Assembly: GCA_944320555.1 (NCBI GenBank)
Contig: CALUHX010000020.1
Location: 1 to 24,000 of the forward strand
Length of the DNA stretch: 24,000 bases
Direction: 5' to 3'
From: an uncultured Butyricimonas sp.
Lineage (GTDB): Bacteria; Bacteroidota; Bacteroidia; Bacteroidales; Marinifilaceae
Notes under the pieces: model-generated
Seen by the model: the letters and a program-made list of their open reading frames with translations, nothing else
Told to the model about the DNA's origin: nothing
Databases searched by the model: none
Position numbers and translations under genes: made by a program
Shown here: positions 15,538-24,000 of the stretch, in pieces
Layout of the letters: every line of letters begins with the position of its first letter
How positions within the stretch are numbered: position 1 is the first letter of the stretch

Positions 15538-16827
15538 CCTTTCTCGCCCTGTCCCTTGCTCCTGCCGCCGGAAAGCGTTGGAGAAGAACTTGCATTGCAG
15601 GCACCGGTGTGCGTCGCAATACTCTTTTTTCAATTGGATGACCGCCTGCGACTGCAAAGCCGAAGAAAGAACCACTCCGGCGCGTTCCCATCCTTCCGTG
15701 ATGTAATTCCGTTCGGCGGGCAACGCCTCCAGCCAGGTTATCGCCTTGTCACAATACGCTTCTTCCCCCCTTCCCTTGCCGTAAACGAAAAGGAAAGGTA
15801 TGACGGCGTTGATAATGACAATCTCTTTCATGGCCTGCCCCAATTGCTTGACATGGTGCACGGAAGGCACACCTAATTTGTATCGGGTGTCCCAATAGAT
15901 CGAGGCTCTCACATCCAGCAAACGCTCGACTTCTTCCAGCGAGCTCGATTCTAGAACGGCGGAGACAAGTGCGTTGAAGCGAGGCATCAAGGCGGCGAAA
16001 AGAGCCAGCCGCACCGTGGGAAACGACATAGGACGCACCCGGGCAAACTTCCACGAGGCAGGATTCATGCTCGACAATCGCCATTTGGAGGCTTGGAACT
16101 CATACTCCTGACGCATGGCCGCCACGTAATCATCCTCCGCGCATCCTGCCAGCAATCCGGACACGCCAAACACGAGCGACTCGATTCGGGCAAGATTGTC
16201 CGCGCACTTAAGCACGATTTTGTAAGGAAGGCTTCGGGCAAGGAGCGAAAACGGTTCCGCATTGACACTGCCCGACCAATAACGGGCCAACAACCGATAA
16301 AAACATGTCTCCCAATCGTTTTTTGTCTCATCCAACATTTCCTGAATGACTCGGCATTTCGCCTCCAACCGCTCCACGGCATACCCCGTAAGAGCCATGC
16401 TCGTCAGTGCGGAATCTCCTTGCCGAAGCAAATGGGAGCAACGGGGAATCTCCGTCAATCCCTGCAAATAGGCATACTCGTCCCACAAATGCGTATTGTA
16501 TGCCAGCACCATCCCGTCTATTGGGCGGCCTTTGCTGGAAAACACATCCTCGTCGGCGACGGCCACCACGGAAAGTATCACATTGTCGTATGCGGCGTCC
16601 ACATGGTGCCCGTGGCGGAACCAATCGCTTCCCCGTTGGTGTATCTCAACGTTTCCGACGTGAGTCATTCCGTCTATCTTGACCTTGGCGTTAAAAAAAT
16701 CCGGCCCGGCATCCCGATTCTTATAACCGGGGTGAACGATTTCGATAGCCTTTCCCGCCGTCGAAAAGCAGTGCCTCGTGTCGAAAAGGGTATTCTCCCA
16801 AACGTATTGCAAAAATTCTTCTGTCAT
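15532..16827 (-). CDS. DUF2851 family protein
   Basis: Trimmed to the ATG at 16827. MTEEFLQYVWENTLFD...GPDFFNAKVKIDGMTHVGNVEIHQRGSDWFRHGHHVDAAYDNVILSVV matches the conserved DUF2851 N-terminus as I recall it. The C-terminus has a Cys pair (CDAHRCLQC). Confidence 0.82.
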   Translation of the reverse strand: MTEEFLQYVWENTLFDTRHCFSTAGKAIEIVHPGYKNRDAGPDFFNAKVKIDGMTHVGNVEIHQRGSDWFRHGHHVDAAYDNVILSVVAVADEDVFSSKGRPIDGMVLAYNTHLWDEYAYLQGLTEIPRCSHLLRQGDSALTSMALTGYAVERLEAKCRVIQEMLDETKNDWETCFYRLLARYWSGSVNAEPFSLLARSLPYKIVLKCADNLARIESLVFGVSGLLAGCAEDDYVAAMRQEYEFQASKWRLSSMNPASWKFARVRPMSFPTVRLALFAALMPRFNALVSAVLESSSLEEVERLLDVRASIYWDTRYKLGVPSVHHVKQLGQAMKEIVIINAVIPFLFVYGKGRGEEAYCDKAITWLEALPAERNYITEGWERAGVVLSSALQSQAVIQLKKEYCDAHRCLQCKFFSNAFRRQEQGTGRERS

Positions 16828-16934
16828 ATGCGCGTCGGTTTGTGCCCACAAGGATAAGCATAATTTCAAAAAAAAGCAAATACTAATTTTTGCAAAAAAC
16901 AAGATTGACGAAAGCGATTATGCGTTATTATGCC

Positions 16935-16942
16935 TATTTTTG
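16935..16942 (+). promoter_or_regulatory. -7 box (TATTTTTG) for the downstream coiled-coil gene
   Basis: It matches TAnnTTTG, 27 nt upstream of the ATG at 16969. This argues against the listed ORF start at 16930. Confidence 0.4.
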
Positions 16943-16968
16943 TTCGAAAGAAGATATTAATTTTAATC

Positions 16969-17865
16969 ATGGAAATTATGGAAGAAAAAGCGACAGTAAA
17001 GAGCAAAAAGGACACCACGTTATGGATAGTCATCGGCGCGTTGGCCGTGATTCTCGTGATTTTGTCCGTTTTCTTTTTGATTGAACACAAGGAGAATAAG
17101 GCAAACATGGAAGCTATCATGGCGGAAAAGGAGGTGCTGCAACAGGAATTGACAGACTTGAGTCACGACTACGATAACTTACAGACAGACAACGATACCC
17201 TCAATGCGAAACTGGCCCACGAGCAGGAAAAAATCGCCGAATTGATGGAGCGGATGAAGAAATTCCAAAACAACTCCTATGCGGAAATCAGTCGTTACAA
17301 AAAAGAAATCGGAACGTTGAAAAGCGTGCTGAGGAGCTACGTGGTCCAAATCGACTCCTTAAACCAACTGAACCAGAAATTGCTGGCAGAGAACACGGAA
17401 GTGAAAAAACAAATGACGTGGGTGCGCGAGCGCAACAAGACCTTGGAGCAACGAACGGAAGAAATGGCCCAGACACTGGAAAAGGCAGGCACGTTGAACG
17501 CCGAAGCCATCCGGGTCTACCCCATCAACAAACGGGACAAAGAAACAACTCTCCGGAAATGCTACCAACTGAAAACGGAATTCACATTGGGACGCAACGT
17601 CACGGCCAAACGAGGCGCGCGCACCATCTACTTGCGCATCATCCGTCCGGACGGCGAGGTCATTGCCGCCTCCAGCAAATCCTTCTTCAAATTCCAAAAC
17701 ACCTCCCTCACCTACTCCGCCCGTCGGGAAATCGAATATGAGGGAGAGCGATTGGACGTGGCGATTTACTGGCCCAACGACGGCAGTCTCTCCAAAGGCG
17801 AATACACGGCCGACCTCTTTTGCGACAACCAGCAAATTGGAACGACAAAATTCATTCTAAAATAA
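16969..17865 (+). CDS. Membrane-anchored coiled-coil protein with a C-terminal beta-rich domain, unknown function
   Basis: The start is placed at the ATG at 16969 (MEIMEEK...). A TM helix (LWIVIGALAVILVILSVFFLI) is followed by ~140 aa of coiled coil and a ~120-aa C-terminal domain (RVYPINKRDKE...YTADLFCDNQQIGTTKFILK). Confidence 0.75.
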   Translation: MEIMEEKATVKSKKDTTLWIVIGALAVILVILSVFFLIEHKENKANMEAIMAEKEVLQQELTDLSHDYDNLQTDNDTLNAKLAHEQEKIAELMERMKKFQNNSYAEISRYKKEIGTLKSVLRSYVVQIDSLNQLNQKLLAENTEVKKQMTWVRERNKTLEQRTEEMAQTLEKAGTLNAEAIRVYPINKRDKETTLRKCYQLKTEFTLGRNVTAKRGARTIYLRIIRPDGEVIAASSKSFFKFQNTSLTYSARREIEYEGERLDVAIYWPNDGSLSKGEYTADLFCDNQQIGTTKFILK

Positions 17866-17891
17866 CCAATCCTTTCAAAACGACTCTTGTA

Positions 17892-19559
17892 ATGACAGAT
17901 ATAGAAATAGCCAACTCGGTGAAAATAAGACCCATCACCGAAATAGCCCAAAAATTGGGAGTGGAGCCGGACGCATTGGAACTCTACGGGAAATACAAGG
18001 CCAAATTGCCATTGAGCCTGATTGACAAATCCAAAATCGACGGCAAAAAACTGATTCTCGTGTCCGCCATCTCGCCCACTCCTGCAGGCGAAGGCAAGAC
18101 CACGGTCAGTATCGGGCTGACGGAAGGATTGAACCGCATCGGGAAACGTGCGACCGTGGTGCTCCGCGAGCCGTCACTGGGACCGGTGTTCGGTATCAAA
18201 GGTGGAGCCACAGGCGGAGGCTACTCCCAAGTCATTCCCATGGAAGACATCAACTTGCATTTCACGGGCGACTTCAGTGCGATAGAGAAAGCCCACAACC
18301 TTCTGTCTGCATTGATTGACAATAATATACAAAGCAAAACCCGCTCGCTGAACATCGACCCGAGAACCGTTACTTGGAAACGGGTGATGGACATGAACGA
18401 CCGCTCCCTGCGCCACATCATCGTGGGACTTGGCGGAACGTCCGCCGGCATTCCCCGCGAGACCGGCTTCGACATCACGGCGGCATCCGAAGTCATGGCC
18501 ATCCTTTGTCTTTCGGACGATTTCGAGGACTTGAAAAAACGGCTGGGCAACATCTTCGTGGGTTACACCTTCGACAAGAAACCTGTATACGCCCGTGATC
18601 TCCACGCCCATGGAGCCATGGCCGCCTTGCTGAAGGACGCCATCAAGCCCAACCTCGTGCAGACGCTGGAAGGCAACCCCGCCATCATACATGGAGGCCC
18701 GTTCGCCAACATTGCGCAGGGCACCAACTCCATCATCGCCACACGCATGGGGCTGACCCTCTCCGACTATGTGGTGACGGAGGCGGGATTCGGTTTCGAC
18801 CTCGGGGCGGAAAAGTTCTTCGACATCAAATGTGTGAAAGCCGGACTCAAACCAAGCGCCGTGGTCATGGTGGCCACCGTGCGGGCATTGAAATATCACG
18901 GCGGCATGAAACTCGACCAACTGAAAGAGCCGAATCTGGAAGCCTTGAAAAAAGGTATTGGCAATCTGGAGAAACAAGTGGAGAACATGAAAAAGTTCAA
19001 CATCTGTCCCGTCGTGGCCATCAACAAGTTCGTCTCTGACACCGACGAGGAAATCGCCTATTTGGCCAAAAAGTGCGAAGAATTGGAAGTGCCCATGGAG
19101 GTCGCCGACGTGTGGGGCAAAGGAGGCGAAGGGGCCGAATCCCTCGCCCGGCTTGTCTCCCGGGTCGCCGAGGAGTGCGTGTGCAGCATGAAACCCCTGT
19201 ATGACTGGAACTGGAGCGTGGAGGACAAAATCAAAACCGTGGCCACCGAACTGTACGGAGCCGCCGCCATCGACTATACCCCCGAGGCCAAGGCCGACTT
19301 GAAAAAGGTCGCCGACTTAGGATTGGACAAATTGCCTGTCTGCATCGCTAAGACGCAAAAATCCCTGTCGGACAACCCAAAACTTCTGGGCAGGCCGAAA
19401 GATTTCGTGGTGACTGTCCGCCAAATCGAAGTCGCCGCCGGAGCGGGATTCGTCATCCCCATCACGGGAACCATCATGCGCATGCCCGGATTGCCGGAAA
19501 CTCCTGCGGCCGAGAAAATCGACATCGACAACGAAGGACACATTACCGGACTCTTCTAA
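17892..19559 (+). CDS. fhs: Formate--tetrahydrofolate ligase
   Basis: Trimmed to the ATG at 17892 (MTDIEIANSVKIRPI...). The P-loop PTPAGEGKTT is present and the protein looks FTHFS-like along its full length (...EPSLGPVFGIKGGATGGGYSQV...). It is 555 aa. Confidence 0.97.
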   Translation: MTDIEIANSVKIRPITEIAQKLGVEPDALELYGKYKAKLPLSLIDKSKIDGKKLILVSAISPTPAGEGKTTVSIGLTEGLNRIGKRATVVLREPSLGPVFGIKGGATGGGYSQVIPMEDINLHFTGDFSAIEKAHNLLSALIDNNIQSKTRSLNIDPRTVTWKRVMDMNDRSLRHIIVGLGGTSAGIPRETGFDITAASEVMAILCLSDDFEDLKKRLGNIFVGYTFDKKPVYARDLHAHGAMAALLKDAIKPNLVQTLEGNPAIIHGGPFANIAQGTNSIIATRMGLTLSDYVVTEAGFGFDLGAEKFFDIKCVKAGLKPSAVVMVATVRALKYHGGMKLDQLKEPNLEALKKGIGNLEKQVENMKKFNICPVVAINKFVSDTDEEIAYLAKKCEELEVPMEVADVWGKGGEGAESLARLVSRVAEECVCSMKPLYDWNWSVEDKIKTVATELYGAAAIDYTPEAKADLKKVADLGLDKLPVCIAKTQKSLSDNPKLLGRPKDFVVTVRQIEVAAGAGFVIPITGTIMRMPGLPETPAAEKIDIDNEGHITGLF

Positions 19560-20243
19560 ATGACAACGCCAGACAACATGCGACGAATCATTCCCATCAC
19601 CGAAGCCGAGGCGCGACTCCCGTTCTCCGAATTGAATGGATTACTGAATGAGAAATGCGAGCGAATCCGGCTACAATCGGCTCCATGGAATGAGAACCTG
19701 CCCGTTCTCCCCATGGTAAATGTCAGAATAGCCCACTCGCCGAGCCATATCATTTTGAAATTCGACGTGGCCGAATGTGAATTCCGGATAGCGGAAACGG
19801 AACAACCCGCTTCCGTGTGGGAAGACTCGTGCGTGGAGTTTTTCGTGGAGCCGGAAAAAGGCGGCGGATACTACAACTTCGAGTTCAACGCCGCCGGTGT
19901 TCTACATCTGGCATACGGCGCGGGGCGCCACGGAAGAGAAATGGCCCCCGACGGCATACGGCAATCAGTGGTCCGGGAAGTCTCGATGTTCGCCACCCCG
20001 AACAAAGACAATCCTTACGTCTACAACTGGACACTCATCGCCCGGATTCCTTATGCCACCTTCTTCCGCCACCATTTCGAGCCTCGAAGCGGACAAGTCA
20101 TCCGGGGCAATTTCTATAAATGTGGCGACAAATTGAGGCATCCCTGCTACTTGTATTGGAGTCCGATTGACACTCCGTCCCCGGATTTCCACCAGCCATC
20201 CTATTTTGACAATCTTGAATTCGCACAACACCATCCCGTATGA
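19560..20243 (+). CDS. Carbohydrate-binding family 9-like (CBM9/DOMON-like) protein
   Basis: The ATG comes directly after the fhs stop. The motifs VWEDSCVEFFVEP..GGYYNFEFNAAG and GNFYKCGDKLRHPCYLYWSPIDTPSPDFHQPSYFDNLEF match the Bacteroidales CBM9-like family pattern as I recall it. Confidence 0.78.
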   Translation: MTTPDNMRRIIPITEAEARLPFSELNGLLNEKCERIRLQSAPWNENLPVLPMVNVRIAHSPSHIILKFDVAECEFRIAETEQPASVWEDSCVEFFVEPEKGGGYYNFEFNAAGVLHLAYGAGRHGREMAPDGIRQSVVREVSMFATPNKDNPYVYNWTLIARIPYATFFRHHFEPRSGQVIRGNFYKCGDKLRHPCYLYWSPIDTPSPDFHQPSYFDNLEFAQHHPV

Positions 20244-21421
20244 AAACAGGTTTATCTATGCTATTCGCAGGACTCGCCTACATTTTGTTGAATGACATCC
20301 TCCTATACTTGGGAATAAAACGACACCTGCGCCGGAAACTTTACCGCTGTCTCTATTGGGCGCACAGCCTGCTTTTCATTGTCGGGCTGATTCTCTACCA
20401 CTCTTTGATTCCCCGGCTCCACGGCCCGGAACTTTATTTTTGGGTAAGCGAGAGCATTTCCGTCTTTCTGCTTTTTTATGCGCCCAAAAGCGTGTACCTC
20501 GTGTTCCTTGGCGTGTCGTGCCTGTTCAAGTGGGCGAAGTGCCTTCCGGTTGCGAGACTCGTCAAAGGGGCGGGCGTTGTCGTCTCCCTTTTGCTGTTCG
20601 GACTGAGCTTCTACGGAATCACATGGGGCCGCTCGGCCTACAAAGTCGAGCGCGTCGACGTGAGAATCGCCGGCCTGCCTGACAATTTCTCCGGCTTCCG
20701 TGTCGTGCAGCTAAGCGACATGCACTTGGGCAGTTGCTCCCCGAACTTCCGGGGAATCCCCAAACTCGTGGAAAAAGTGAACAGTTTGAAACCCGACTTG
20801 ATTGTGTTCACGGGCGACATGGTGAACAATTTTGCCTCGGAAATCACCCCGTGGATCGATGTGCTGCGGCAACTGCGCGCCCCTTACGGGAAATACGCTG
20901 TGACCGGCAACCACGACTACGGCCACTACGTCCGTTGGGACACCCCGGAAGCCCGGGAGGAAAACATGCGGCAATTCTACCGCAACATGGAAGCCGCCGG
21001 ATTCACCATGCTCGACAATGCGAGCGCGCCGCTCGTCATCGGGCAAGACACTGTTTTCCTCTGTGGAGTGGAAAACTGGGGACTTCCGCCTTTCCCCCAA
21101 TACGGGAAATTGCAGGATGCCCTGCGGGGAACGGAGGGACACACGGTCATCCTCTTGTCGCACGATCCCTCCCATTGGCGTCAGGAAGTCGTGCGTCATC
21201 CCGTGGCGCTCACTCTGTCGGGCCACACCCACGCCATGCAGGTCGGCTTTCGAATCGGCGGATTCCGCTGGAGCCCGTCAAAATACATGTATCCCGAGTA
21301 TAACGGCCTGTACAGCCAAGACGATTGCCAGCTCTACGTCTCCCGCGGGGCGGGATTTATTGGTCTGGCGGGACGGGTGGGACAACGCCCGGAAATCACG
21401 CTATTGGAATTGAACCGTTAA
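20240..21421 (+). CDS. Membrane-anchored metallophosphoesterase (YkuE/calcineurin-like)
   Basis: The start overlaps the upstream stop (ATGA). The N-terminus has ~4 TM helices. The phosphoesterase motifs are QLSDMHLG, TGDMV, GNHDYG, LLSHDP and SGHTHAMQ. Confidence 0.9.
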   Translation: MKTGLSMLFAGLAYILLNDILLYLGIKRHLRRKLYRCLYWAHSLLFIVGLILYHSLIPRLHGPELYFWVSESISVFLLFYAPKSVYLVFLGVSCLFKWAKCLPVARLVKGAGVVVSLLLFGLSFYGITWGRSAYKVERVDVRIAGLPDNFSGFRVVQLSDMHLGSCSPNFRGIPKLVEKVNSLKPDLIVFTGDMVNNFASEITPWIDVLRQLRAPYGKYAVTGNHDYGHYVRWDTPEAREENMRQFYRNMEAAGFTMLDNASAPLVIGQDTVFLCGVENWGLPPFPQYGKLQDALRGTEGHTVILLSHDPSHWRQEVVRHPVALTLSGHTHAMQVGFRIGGFRWSPSKYMYPEYNGLYSQDDCQLYVSRGAGFIGLAGRVGQRPEITLLELNR

Positions 21422-21498
21422 GCCTTTCCCCCGATTTTCCACCTCCCATCCGTCCCGTTTTGACACTTAAAGTCGAGACAAAGCCGAGACAATCTCGA

Positions 21499-21526
21499 GA
21501 CAAAGCCGATTCGGCTCGGCTTTGTC
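21499..21526. terminator. Hairpin between convergent genes (terminator candidate without a U-tract)
   Basis: gacaaagccga (21499-21509), loop ttcggc, tcggctttgtc (21516-21526), a perfect 11-bp stem. Confidence 0.5.
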
Positions 21527-21603
21527 CCTTCTTCCCGTCCGTGACGTCTCTCCCGCTCTTCTCGAAATCACTTCGAAAATTCTCCCAAAGTCGTTGCAAC
21601 CCC

Positions 21604-22044
21604 TCAGAACCGCTTTCCGGACAACATTTTCCGCAATACGGAAATCCGGCGAAAGATATGCCAGGCGGAAAAAACGATGGTCAACAATCCTATCCGGTAA
21701 TGCCACATCCCGAGAGAAGAGTGGGCTCCTTCCACGCCCAACAGCAGGATTCCCGTGAGCGCCACGCTCAAAAACACAAAAGTGAGAAACAGCGTGGTGC
21801 GTCGCCTGCCCTCTTCCCGCCGCCAGAATGCCGACAGGTACCACTCCCAATGCGACTTGACATGCGACACGGCCAACAATAGGAACGGCAGGGAAACAAT
21901 CGTGTGGAACACGGCCCAGCAATGCCAAACCTCATGAACGGTTCCATGCCCGGCCAAATGCAAACCGACCCCCGACCCGGCCGACAAGATAAAAACGGGA
22001 ATCAATGCCACGTCCGTGATACAAATTAATCTTTTCTTTTTCAT
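21604..22044 (-). CDS. Small His-rich 4-TM membrane protein, DUF4405-like
   Basis: Trimmed to the ATG at 22044 (MKKKRLICITD...). There are four hydrophobic segments with conserved-looking His residues (HLAGHGTVHEVWH, SHVKSHWEWY, MWHYRIG, AWHIFRR). The family call is from memory. Confidence 0.65.
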   Translation of the reverse strand: MKKKRLICITDVALIPVFILSAGSGVGLHLAGHGTVHEVWHCWAVFHTIVSLPFLLLAVSHVKSHWEWYLSAFWRREEGRRRTTLFLTFVFLSVALTGILLLGVEGAHSSLGMWHYRIGLLTIVFSAWHIFRRISVLRKMLSGKRF

Positions 22045-22060
22045 CGCTTTCTTTTTTGGA

Positions 22061-22068
22061 CAAAGGTA
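22061..22068 (-). promoter_or_regulatory. -7 box (TACCTTTG) for the DUF4405-like gene
   Basis: Plus-strand caaaggta is TACCTTTG on the minus strand, 17-24 nt upstream of the ATG at 22044. Confidence 0.35.
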
Positions 22069-22116
22069 AAGCGCCGCTCTCTGCGGGGAAATAGACAAGG
22101 CGAGGGAAATATTGGA

Positions 22117-22983
22117 CTATCCGAGGTGTTTTTCGCGATAGACGGAGGGAGGCACGCCTGTCTCTTTCGTGAAAAGGCGGGTGAAATAGGCGTAGTCGTC
22201 ATACCCCAACTCCACTGCGATTTCTTTTACCGACAATTCGGTATAAAGCAACAAACGCCTGGCCTGGAGCACCCGCTCGCAACGGACATAACGGCTCACG
22301 CTCATCCCCGTCACGCTTTTCACCACCTCGTTCAGGTAAACGCGCGATATCCGCAGCGTTTCGGCGTGGCGGGCGATTTCCCCCGCGGCGCCTTTTTCCT
22401 CCTGCAGGATTTTCCGGAACGCGGCGACAATCTCCAACGCTCTCCGGCTTTCGTTCCGACCGCCGATGGCGCGTCCCACTGCTTCCAAGGCGACTCCCGC
22501 GGCGGCAACCGCCAACCGGCATATCAACCACTTGGCCATGTCGTCAAACGGCGTTTGTCCCATCCGGCGGGAAATGGCGGCAATCAACGCCTCCCACTCG
22601 GAGACTTGTTCCCGGTCCAACTGAAAAGGACGGGGACTGACAGCGTATTCCGCAAGCAACCGTTTGGCAGGGACATCAAGAAGTGCGGCGTCGACGAACA
22701 ACAAAACGGCTTCCGCCTCGCCCTTGTCTACTACTTGGTGCGCCTGATACGGACAAACGCACACCATGTCCCCCGCCCCCAAGGCATATTCCGCAAAATC
22801 GACCGCTATGCGGCATGTTCCCCGGGAGACACGGCCAAACACGTAATAGTCGTCCCAATGCGCATAGTCGAGCAACTCCTCGGGCAATGTGGAAGAAACC
22901 CTCTTCACGCGCACGCCGAACTCGGACAAGCGGGAGGCCTGATGCAAGACAAGCCCCGCCATGTTCTTCGCCTCGCCTTTCAT
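22117..22983 (-). CDS. AraC family transcriptional regulator (cupin-like N-terminal domain plus HTH)
   Basis: The C-terminal HTH pair is ISRVYLNEVVKSVTGMSVSRYVRCERVLQARRLLLYTELSVKEIAVELGYDDYAYFTRLFTKETGVPPSVYR. The start ATG at 22983 overlaps the upstream stop (ATGA). Confidence 0.9.
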   Translation of the reverse strand: MKGEAKNMAGLVLHQASRLSEFGVRVKRVSSTLPEELLDYAHWDDYYVFGRVSRGTCRIAVDFAEYALGAGDMVCVCPYQAHQVVDKGEAEAVLLFVDAALLDVPAKRLLAEYAVSPRPFQLDREQVSEWEALIAAISRRMGQTPFDDMAKWLICRLAVAAAGVALEAVGRAIGGRNESRRALEIVAAFRKILQEEKGAAGEIARHAETLRISRVYLNEVVKSVTGMSVSRYVRCERVLQARRLLLYTELSVKEIAVELGYDDYAYFTRLFTKETGVPPSVYREKHLG

Positions 22984-24000
22984 TGTCGCTTGAAATCGGC
23001 GTCGAGGAGTTGAAGATATGCCTTGAGCAGCTCGCCCGTCCGGGGGTCGCGGTTGGCACCCAGATTCTTCCCCGTGCGCAAATCGAGAATATAAGCCCCC
23101 TCTTCGTTCACGACCGCCGCCGCGTTGGAAAAGGCGTAGTAGGCGAACGGCACGGCCTCCGGGTCGAGCAGGTTCTTGCTATACCGGAAGGCGGAAGCGT
23201 CCATGCCCAACTGGGCGTAAAGCGTGGCCACCATGTCGGTTTGCGAGCCGATTTTGTCGACCACCGTGTCTCTCACGGCGAGCACGCCCCCGGTGAATAT
23301 CATCGGTATGCGGTAAGCCTCCGGCACGTGGGGCTGCAACTGTCCCACGTGGCGCGTGCCGTGGTCGGCGAGCAGGACGAACAAAGTGTTGTCCCAAATA
23401 CCGGAGCGTTTCATGCGCTCGAAAAACTCTCCGAGGCATTTGTCCGTGTAAACAATGGAATTCCGCAACTTGGAACCGCTGTCCTCGCCCGGGACCTGCG
23501 TTTCCATGGGCACGGTGAACGGCTCATGGCTGCTAAGGGTGAAGGCCATGTACATGAAGGGACGGGGAGCGACCCGCAAGTCCTCGGCCAAACGCTCGAA
23601 CATGTACTCGTCATGCACCCCCCATTTGAAGCGGTTTTGAATGGCCTCGCCGGAAAAATCGTCCTCTGTGACAAGGCTTTGGAAACTCATCGTGGCGTAA
23701 GAGCGGAACCCGCCGAAATTGATGTCGCCCGTGTAATAGAAGCGGGTGGAATAACCCAACGCCTCGAAATCCACCGGGAAACGGGGATGCTCGTAGGTCT
23801 TGTTCGGATATTTCAGCATGGACACGTTCGGATGGGCGGGGAAGCCGCTGATTACCCCCAACATGCCCCTGTCCGACCGGTTGCCCGTGGCATAGACGTT
23901 GGAGAAGAAAATGCCTTCCCGTGCGATTTTCTGGAGGTTGGGCATGTCGTTCCATGCGTTGAGAGTGAATGTCTCCAAAAGCAACACCACCACATTGGGC
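22980..24000 (-). CDS. LTA synthase / sulfatase-family (alkaline phosphatase superfamily) protein; N-terminus lies off the window
   Basis: The frame is open to the right edge of the window. Sulfatase-domain features are LLLETF (metal-binding start of the domain), GNRSDRGMLGVISG, FTLSSHEPF and LLADHG. Confidence 0.85.
   Translation of the reverse strand, partial: PNVVVLLLETFTLNAWNDMPNLQKIAREGIFFSNVYATGNRSDRGMLGVISGFPAHPNVSMLKYPNKTYEHPRFPVDFEALGYSTRFYYTGDINFGGFRSYATMSFQSLVTEDDFSGEAIQNRFKWGVHDEYMFERLAEDLRVAPRPFMYMAFTLSSHEPFTVPMETQVPGEDSGSKLRNSIVYTDKCLGEFFERMKRSGIWDNTLFVLLADHGTRHVGQLQPHVPEAYRIPMIFTGGVLAVRDTVVDKIGSQTDMVATLYAQLGMDASAFRYSKNLLDPEAVPFAYYAFSNAAAVVNEEGAYILDLRTGKNLGANRDPRTGELLKAYLQLLDADFKRQ

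Noticed and set aside
16887-16898. 12-bp perfect palindrome tttttgcaaaaa in the DUF2851/coiled-coil divergent intergenic region
   Set aside because: It is pure A/T-run with a GC centre in an AT-rich promoter region. It is short and of low information, plausibly just overlapping TTTG-type promoter elements.

Overview
The window looks like a Bacteroidota (Bacteroidales-like) chromosomal segment. Evidence: TAnnTTTG -7-type boxes sit upstream of most genes, Shine-Dalgarno sequences are largely absent, and the gene families are typical (DUF2851, CBM9-like, CfxA/CepA-like class A beta-lactamase, TolC-HlyD-ABC2 efflux, CarboxypepD_reg). Coding density is high, with about 23 genes. Left to right: a 5'-truncated MsbA-like ABC exporter; a BASS-fold transporter; a 0.8-kb gap with no credible CDS; a small DUF4190-like membrane protein; mscL; an AraC regulator divergent from a TolC/HlyD/double-NBD ATPase/2x ABC-2 permease operon, which runs straight into a Maa-type acetyltransferase and a class A beta-lactamase; an initiator tRNA-Met; a CarboxypepD_reg protein; a coiled-coil lipoprotein with an overlapping small Cys-motif membrane protein; DUF2851; a second coiled-coil membrane protein; fhs; a CBM9-like protein; a membrane metallophosphoesterase; and a DUF4405-like protein, an AraC regulator and a 5'-truncated LTA-synthase/sulfatase on the minus strand. 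I found no recognisable defence, toxin-antitoxin, CRISPR, integrase or transposase content, and no convincing novel multi-gene system. The least explained part is the noncoding gap at 2779-3594. It holds a helically phased 11-bp repeat array (4 direct plus 2 inverted copies), a GC/purine-rich block of stacked hairpins, and a 113-nt element closed by an ~18-bp inverted repeat. Candidate explanations are an ncRNA, a MITE or a protein-docking array, and none can be assigned to a known class by eye. The efflux-acetyltransferase-beta-lactamase arrangement is second in interest. All family calls come from motifs read in the translations. No database search was run.
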